From: an uncultured bacterium
GTDB taxonomy: Bacteria; Hydrogenedentota; Hydrogenedentia; Hydrogenedentales; JAEUWI01
Direction: 5' to 3'
DNA: 14,504 nt
NCBI GenBank assembly: GCA_963977445.1
Contig: CAXBPH010000175.1
Location: 1 to 14,504, forward strand
Shown: piece by piece, positions 1-6,698 of the stretch
Numbering within the stretch: position 1 is the stretch's first letter
How the letters are laid out: every line of letters begins with the position of its first letter
Translations under genes and position numbers: made by a program
The notes under the pieces: generated by a model
Databases searched by the model: none
What the model was told of the DNA's origin: nothing
The model's input: only the letters and a program-made list of their open reading frames with translations

Positions 1-62
1 GTGCCAATGAGAAATGGACCCACGAAGATGCGCTTTAATCGTCGGGGCCGTCCCCCTGAGGG
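1..62. repeat. 62-bp direct repeat, copy 1 (possibly truncated by window start)
   Basis: GTGCCAATGAGAAATGGACCCACGAAGATGCGCTTTAATCGTCGGGGCCGTCCCCCTGAGGG matches 2071-2132 at 59/62 positions (differences at repeat positions 15, 31, 32). Confidence 0.95.
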
Positions 63-311
63 ACATGCCTCCGCCCGTGGTCAATCAACCTTATTCAATA
101 GGTATGGGATGGCGCGCCCAGTGTTGTCCCGACGGCATCATCCTGGTTGCGGCGTTACGTCCCAGATAACGCGAAGCGCCATTTCACAAAGGTACCCCTT
201 TCGACCATCGTCTACGGAGAATGCACATTGGGTGATATGATGTAGCTGAACCTATTTGCTTTGTGATTCGGAGGTGATTCTGACTCCGGGTAATTCAATC
301 TACAGCGAAGG

Positions 312-1913
312 ATGTCAATGATGCCAACTCAGATAAAAAGTGCCTGTCGGTTAACCTGTTTGATGCGATTATTTTTACCTATCTTGCTGCTATCTTGCCT
401 AATCCCTGCCGGTCACGTCTCGGCAGATGAAAAATCATCAACCTCTGAAACGACCTTGTTTTCTTTCGATGATCACAGTATCCCCTGGAGGGACAATCTG
501 AATCTCACCATGGTGCGACCGGAAAAACATGCGAAGAACCCGGTTGTTCCTCGTGGTGACGAGGGGGCGTGCGATGAATGGGCCGTTCAATTCTATGGCT
601 CTGTTTTAAAGCATGATGGAAAATATAAGGCCTGGTACATTGCTGCAGATAATCAATCGCTGGAACTCATCAAAAAAGGGCAGGGATTTGCTGGGCTGCG
701 GCCGGCGTATGCAGAAAGTATCGATGGGGTTAACTGGACCAAACCGAATCTCGGCCTTGTTGAGCACAATGGAAGTAAAAACAATAACCTGGTCAAAATG
801 AATCCTGCGGAGACGGCGGGAATCCATTTGATTGTTATTCACGAAGAGGACGAGCCGGATCCTTCCCGTCAATTCAAAATGATGCTGACGGTGTCTGCTT
901 TCGTCAATAAGGCAAAGCAATCCTCTTCCGTGACACTTTTCAGTGCCGATGGTTTGGACTGGCATAGCCCGACGCCCCTGCACTTTGAAGGGGGCTATTT
1001 AATAGAAGAAGATCTGATACTCCCCACCATTAATTTCGAGCAAGGAGGCCTGTTCAAAATGAACGGGATGTACTATCTGCCCGGCCAAATGTTTTCGCCC
1101 TCTGTGCGCCAACCCGATGGAAAAGCAGTTGGGCGGGCGATGGTCACGCTCCGGTCGCGGGATCTCATCCACTGGGAAGAATGCGGTGCCCTGGGATTTA
1201 TTCGTGGCACGGCGATCGGTATCGAAGGGGACGTCGGTGCGGATGAAGAAGCCCATCTTGCCTCTTCCATCTGGAACCGCGGCAATGTGCAATTGGGTGT
1301 TTATGGTTTGTGGCATGGTGCCAAAAAGCCAGAGGACCGTGGGCTGGACCTTGGTTTTATGTTCAGCAATAACGGCATCCATTTCCAGGAACCTGAACGT
1401 GACTACGTCTTCATTCCTATCGGAGAGACAGGCGCGTGGGATGAAGGGGGATTACTTCAAGGACAGGGCTTTGAAAATATCGGCGAACGAACCTTCATTT
1501 ATTATGGAAGTTGGGATCTGACCAAGCCGAGTTATCCACCTCGAGGCGGCATTGGAATTGTATCCTTGCGTCGCGATGGATTTGGCTATCTGGCCCACCA
1601 TGATACGGAAAAGCCCGCCCGTTTTGAAACGACCCTGGTCAAGCCACCCTCAACGACTTCAACCTTGTTCATCAATGTGGAGCAGCTCGGTGAGACAGGC
1701 TTACAGGTTGAGCTGCTGGACGGGCTGAACCGCCCGATTCCCAATTATTCCGGAGAACAGTCCGCGGTGCTAAGCCAAGACGGACTGCACGAGGAAATCA
1801 TCTGGCCAGCCACGAACTCGGCGCAAATAGACATCAAAGAGCCCTATTCCGTTCGGGTAAATTTTCCGGCAAAGGGAACAGCGCGCGTGTATGCAATTTA
1901 CGTCGGTGAATAA
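312..1913 (+). CDS. Secreted glycoside-hydrolase-like beta-propeller protein (GH32/43/130-like five-bladed fold suspected); true start may be ATG at 363
   Basis: 533-aa ORF. Signal-peptide-like MRLFLPILLLSCLIPAGHVSA. Repeated Asp-box-like motifs (SIDGVNW, SADGLDW, SRDLIHW, SNNGIHF), plus NPVV, GAWD and LRRDGF motifs typical of this uncharacterised family. Followed by an intrinsic terminator. Confidence 0.75.
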   Translation: MSMMPTQIKSACRLTCLMRLFLPILLLSCLIPAGHVSADEKSSTSETTLFSFDDHSIPWRDNLNLTMVRPEKHAKNPVVPRGDEGACDEWAVQFYGSVLKHDGKYKAWYIAADNQSLELIKKGQGFAGLRPAYAESIDGVNWTKPNLGLVEHNGSKNNNLVKMNPAETAGIHLIVIHEEDEPDPSRQFKMMLTVSAFVNKAKQSSSVTLFSADGLDWHSPTPLHFEGGYLIEEDLILPTINFEQGGLFKMNGMYYLPGQMFSPSVRQPDGKAVGRAMVTLRSRDLIHWEECGALGFIRGTAIGIEGDVGADEEAHLASSIWNRGNVQLGVYGLWHGAKKPEDRGLDLGFMFSNNGIHFQEPERDYVFIPIGETGAWDEGGLLQGQGFENIGERTFIYYGSWDLTKPSYPPRGGIGIVSLRRDGFGYLAHHDTEKPARFETTLVKPPSTTSTLFINVEQLGETGLQVELLDGLNRPIPNYSGEQSAVLSQDGLHEEIIWPATNSAQIDIKEPYSVRVNFPAKGTARVYAIYVGE

Positions 1914-1953
1914 ACGCGTCATCGATTGTTTGTCGTGTAGAAATTGAGAGTAG

Positions 1954-1984
1954 AGTCTGCGCCTTAATCGGCGCAGGCTTTTTT
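1954..1984 (+). terminator. Rho-independent terminator of the 312-1913 gene
   Basis: Stem AGTCTGCGCC (1954-1963) / GGCGCAGGCT (1970-1979), loop TTAATC, followed by a T-run. Confidence 0.85.
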
Positions 1985-2005
1985 GTTTCTGGCGGTGAAG
2001 GTATA

Positions 2006-2332
2006 CGAGGCAGTCCCGGTGCGGGGACTGCACCGACAGCGTGATGTTTTGAAGCGGGTAGGTTGGCGGGGTGCCAATGAGAAACGGACCCACGAAGATG
2101 AACTTTAATCGTCGGGGCCGTCCCCCTGAGGGTAGTGTCACTCGGGGTTGGTGAAGATGGCCCGTGGTTTACCACACAAACGGCAGGACAGCCACGGACG
2201 CCTGCGACACGACTCCACTACACGATCACATGACGTCCAACGTCGCCAAGGCAAACACGCCGACATGGGGTCCGAGGCAGTCCCCGGTCTGTTCCCCTTG
2301 AGGGTGGTGCCACTCGGGGGTGCAGTCCCCGC
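2006..2332. repeat. Cluster of REP-like GC-rich palindromes (GGGACTG/CAGTCCC family) between convergent genes
   Basis: Hairpin GCAGTCCC-GGTGCG-GGGACTGC (2010-2031). GCGGGGACTGCACC (2021-2034) is the exact reverse complement of 2319-2332. CGAGGCAGTCCC occurs at 2006 and 2273. TCCCCYTGAGGGTRGTGYCACTCGGGG occurs at 2121-2147 and 2293-2319. Confidence 0.7.
2071..2132. repeat. 62-bp direct repeat, copy 2
   Basis: 59/62 identical to 1-62, same orientation. Confidence 0.95.
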
Positions 2333-2333
2333 G

Positions 2334-2951
2334 CTAATTCAGGGAGCGTTGCAGGGCCACGACGACGCCCTGGAGGCTGACATCGCGGGCGGGGAAGCGC
2401 ATGGTTTCCATGCTGGCGTTGGCGGGGCGCAATTCGATGATGGCGCCTTCGGGGTAAAAGTGTTTTACCGTGGCTTCGTCTTCCACGAGGGCCACGACCA
2501 CATCACCGGGGTAGGCCTTTTTGCCCTGATCGACGATGATGATATCGCCGTCGAGTATGCCGTCTTCGATCATGCTGTCGCCCCGAACGCGGAGGCAAAA
2601 GGCTTTCCGTTGGGCCATGGAGGAATCCACCGGGACGTGACCTTCGATGTTTTCTTCGGCGAGGATGGGCATACCGGCGGCGACGCTACCGACGAGGGGC
2701 AAGACCCCCACGTCACTCTGGTAGAGGCCAATGGCGGCTTTGTCGGTGATGATGATGCCCCGCGCTTTGGAGGAGCGCTCGATGAAGCCCTTCTTTTCCA
2801 GGGCCACGAGGTGGTCATTGACCCCGTTGGTCGACGCGATGCCAAATTCTTCACCAATTTCGGCGATGGTGGGGGGCATGCCACGATCCCGGACGCATTC
2901 GATGACGTAGTCCAGAATTTCGCGTTGTCGTTTCGTAAGTTCTTTGGCCAT
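2334..2951 (-). CDS. lexA: SOS-response repressor LexA (205 aa)
   Basis: N-terminal wHTH (LTKRQREILDY, PPTIAEIG, STNGVNDHLVALEKKGFI). Ala-Gly autocleavage site (VAAGMP), catalytic Ser (GDSM) and Lys (ATVKH). ATG at 2951 has an AGGAG RBS at 2963-2959, so it is preferred over the ORF-track start at 3050. Confidence 0.97.
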   Translation of the reverse strand: MAKELTKRQREILDYVIECVRDRGMPPTIAEIGEEFGIASTNGVNDHLVALEKKGFIERSSKARGIIITDKAAIGLYQSDVGVLPLVGSVAAGMPILAEENIEGHVPVDSSMAQRKAFCLRVRGDSMIEDGILDGDIIIVDQGKKAYPGDVVVALVEDEATVKHFYPEGAIIELRPANASMETMRFPARDVSLQGVVVALQRSLN

Positions 2952-2977
2952 GGAGCTGCTCCTGCGTGGGCGGTAAA

Positions 2978-3014
2978 CTGAATTGATATTCAGCCATATT
3001 GAACCACGTTTCGG
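2978..3014. promoter_or_regulatory. Putative tandem LexA operators
   Basis: Palindrome CTGAAT-TGAT-ATTCAG (2978-2993) and a degenerate copy TTGAA-CCACGT-TTCGG (2999-3014), 21 bp apart, overlapping the predicted lexA +1 and -10. Confidence 0.7.
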
Positions 3015-3026
3015 GGCTGGTGTCAA
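2998..3026 (-). promoter_or_regulatory. sigma70-type promoter of lexA
   Basis: On the minus strand: perfect TTGACA (3026-3021), 17-bp spacer, TTCAAT (3003-2998) preceded by TGn (extended -10). Confidence 0.7.
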
Positions 3027-3059
3027 GTTTTCCATGTCCTGAGCACCCAACGTAGCGGA

Positions 3060-4646
<1,587 letters not shown>

Positions 4647-4759
4647 AGTAGGAATCCCTGCGCGGTCCGGGCTTCGCCGGTTATACGGAACGCTGCTCTC
4701 TCAGACACGTCACGGGCGAACAAGCGACTCAATGTTCTAATGCAGCGCTATGGTAGGCT

Positions 4760-6172
4760 TCAGGCCAGAATATCACGAATCACGTGGCCGTGCACGTCGG
4801 TCAGGCGTCGGTCAATGCCATCTTTCCGCACGGTCAGCTTCAGATGGTCGATGCCGAGGAGGTGGAGGATGGTGGCGTGGAGATCGTAGCAATAGGTTTT
4901 GTCGGCTTCCGCCTGATAGCCCCAGTCGTCACTCTGACCGTGGGCGACACCGGGCTTTACGCCCGCGCCCCAGAGCCACGACACGAAGGAGCCGCCATTG
5001 TGATCCCGACCCGTGCCGGCCTGGGCGAAAGGGGTGCGGCCGAATTCGGTGGTCCAAATGACGAGGGTATCCTCATCGAGGCCCCGGGATTTCAAATCCC
5101 GCAGGAGCGCCGCAATGGGTTTGTCTACACTGGCCGCCATGGGGGGCAGTTCCTTGATGATGCTGCCATGGTTATCCCAATTGCCCACGGCCCCTTGCGG
5201 TCCGCTCCACACCTGCACAAAGCGAACGCCCCGCTCGATGAGTCGGGTGGCGAGGAGACACCGTCGGCCGAAGTCTTCGGTGTGTTTTTCTTCCATGCCA
5301 TAGGCGCGCCGCACGTAGTCGGGTTCGCGCATGACGTCGAAGGCCTCCGGTGCCGAGAGCTGCATTTTTGCGGCGAGCTCATAGCTGGAGATGCGGGCAT
5401 CGAGCCGGGAGTCGCCGGGGTGGTTGTTGGCGTGAACCCGGTTGATGGTGTCCAGCAAGGCCAGGCCCGAGGGGTCCACATCGGGGTTGGCAAAATCGAA
5501 GCCCCCTCCGGGAAAGAGATCGGGTACGGGCTGATCCGATGCGGCATTGATGACGGTGCCCTGGTGGACGGCCGGCAGGAAACCGGAGGAGAAGCAGCCC
5601 TTTTGATTGTAGGGCAGACCCTTGGCATCAGGCAGCACGACAAAGGTGGGCAGGTTGTCGGCGATGGAGCCGAGGGCGTGGGAAATCCACGAGCCCATGC
5701 AGGGAAATCCCGGCAAGAGGAAGCCCGAATTCATCATGTAGGTACCCGGACCATGGACATTGGTCTTGGTGGTCATGGCCATGAGAAAGGCCATTTCATC
5801 GACGAGCTTCGCCTGCTCGGGGAACATTTCACTCACCCAGCGGCCACTCTCGCCGTGTTGTTTGAAGGCGAAGGGACTCTTCATGAGGGCACCGGCGGGG
5901 GCGGTAAAGCCGTCGGGCTTTTCCGTGGGGCCCAGCATCTGTCCGTGGAGTCGCTCCAGTTCGGGTTTGTAGTCGAAGAGGTCCATGGGGCTGGCGCCAC
6001 CGGTCATAAAGAGTTGAATGACGCGGTTGACCCGGGGTGGATGATGAAAGGGCGTCCGGGCGGCGCCGTCTTTCGTGAGGAGCTGGGCCAATGCCAGACC
6101 GGCAAAGCCACCACCTACGTTCATGAGGAAGTTGCGCCGGTCCAGGAGGGGTTGTTTCAGGATGTCGCTCAT
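4760..6172 (-). CDS. DUF1501 family protein (sulfatase-superfamily-like, Tat-like leader)
   Basis: 470 aa. DRRNFL twin-arginine-like motif, VIQLFMTGGASPMDLFDYKP, FGRRCLLATRLIERGVRFVQV, WDNH, TEFGRTP, GRDHN, DLHATILHLLGIDH, RLTDVHG. Confidence 0.92.
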   Translation of the reverse strand: MSDILKQPLLDRRNFLMNVGGGFAGLALAQLLTKDGAARTPFHHPPRVNRVIQLFMTGGASPMDLFDYKPELERLHGQMLGPTEKPDGFTAPAGALMKSPFAFKQHGESGRWVSEMFPEQAKLVDEMAFLMAMTTKTNVHGPGTYMMNSGFLLPGFPCMGSWISHALGSIADNLPTFVVLPDAKGLPYNQKGCFSSGFLPAVHQGTVINAASDQPVPDLFPGGGFDFANPDVDPSGLALLDTINRVHANNHPGDSRLDARISSYELAAKMQLSAPEAFDVMREPDYVRRAYGMEEKHTEDFGRRCLLATRLIERGVRFVQVWSGPQGAVGNWDNHGSIIKELPPMAASVDKPIAALLRDLKSRGLDEDTLVIWTTEFGRTPFAQAGTGRDHNGGSFVSWLWGAGVKPGVAHGQSDDWGYQAEADKTYCYDLHATILHLLGIDHLKLTVRKDGIDRRLTDVHGHVIRDILA

Positions 6173-6259
6173 TGGCTGTTGTTCTCCGCATCTTGTCTGG
6201 ACAGATGCTACTGTTCACGGTCAGTCTATGCCACCCGTTTGTTCCTTCGCCGCGGTGAA

Positions 6260-6286
6260 CTACGATATGTCGCCCCTGCGGGGCTA
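6260..6286 (+). repeat. Single REP-like palindrome, same family as 14244-14472
   Basis: CTACGATATGTCGCCCCTGCGGGGCTA is 24/27 identical to 14446-14472 and contains a GCCCC-N3-GGGGC hairpin. Confidence 0.8.
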
Positions 6287-6341
6287 TTCTGTTGATGATA
6301 CGTTATTTTTCTACATTTACAGCGGGGAGAACCTGTGAGTA

Positions 6342-6584
6342 CAGGGCAATTGCATTAAAAATGTCCGGTAGACTTCGTTTCATTGTGGGATTTTCGGTGA
6401 ACCGAGCTACGGTAAAACCCACTTTTTTCTGACATCGACTTGGGTCAAGGCACCCGAACCCACTCTTCGTACGTCTGCGCCGTACGAAGAGTGGGATCGG
6501 GTGGCACCATCGGGTTGACATCGAAAAATCGGGAGCCCGTCAAACGGCTTTTGTGTTCGTGCATGCTTTAATGCGATTGCCCTG
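6342..6584. mobile_element. 243-bp MITE (non-autonomous IS derivative)
   Basis: TIRs CAGGGCAATTGCATTAAA (6342-6359) and TTTAATGCGATTGCCCTG (6567-6584), 17/18 complementary. Immediately flanked by a perfect 10-bp direct repeat CCTGTGAGTA (6332-6341, 6585-6594). No transposase ORF. Confidence 0.9.
6451..6503. repeat. 23-bp-arm inverted repeat inside the MITE
   Basis: CACCCGAACCCACTCTTCGTACG (6451-6473), 7-nt loop, CGTACGAAGAGTGGGATCGGGTG (6481-6503); one mismatch. Confidence 0.9.
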
Positions 6585-6698
6585 CCTGTGAGTAAAGACA
6601 AGGGCTCCGCTTGGAAACACGTTGAAAAATCTTGTTAATCCTGTCCAATAAATATACCTTCCGTTTCTTCCTTCGTACCCTTCGCGGTAAAGAAAAAC

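Noticed and set aside
152..172. GCGTTA-N9-TAACGC palindrome upstream of the first gene
   Set aside because: Possible operator, but 6-bp arms with no second copy or cognate regulator in the window
1..240. 79-aa ORF at the window start
   Set aside because: Begins inside the non-coding direct repeat, has an Arg/Pro-rich composition and no recognisable motif
1914..2140. Integron attC site after the repeat-flanked gene
   Set aside because: No RYYYAAC...GTTRRRY pair with the required internal symmetry, and no integrase in the window
2148..2981. 277-aa + strand ORF
   Set aside because: Antisense shadow of lexA, which has unambiguous motifs
2952..3050. 33-aa N-terminal extension of LexA in the ORF track
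   Set aside because: Runs through the predicted promoter and operators; the ATG at 2951 has a good RBS and gives a canonical LexA length
4718..4737. GAACA-N10-TGTTC palindrome upstream of the lipoprotein gene
   Set aside because: Only 5-bp arms, single occurrence, and spacing unlike the lexA-promoter motif; could be chance
4784..6295. 503-aa + strand ORF (likewise 7110-8276, 8655-9707, 3549-4193, 10485-11312)
   Set aside because: Long antisense open frames are expected opposite high-GC genes; no motifs, and each overlaps a well-supported CDS
6628..6690. Short motifs AATCTTGTTAATCCTGTC and CTTCGTACCCTTCGCGGT, the latter loosely echoed near 6244-6256
   Set aside because: They resemble dispersed intergenic mini-repeats but are too short and degenerate to support from this window alone
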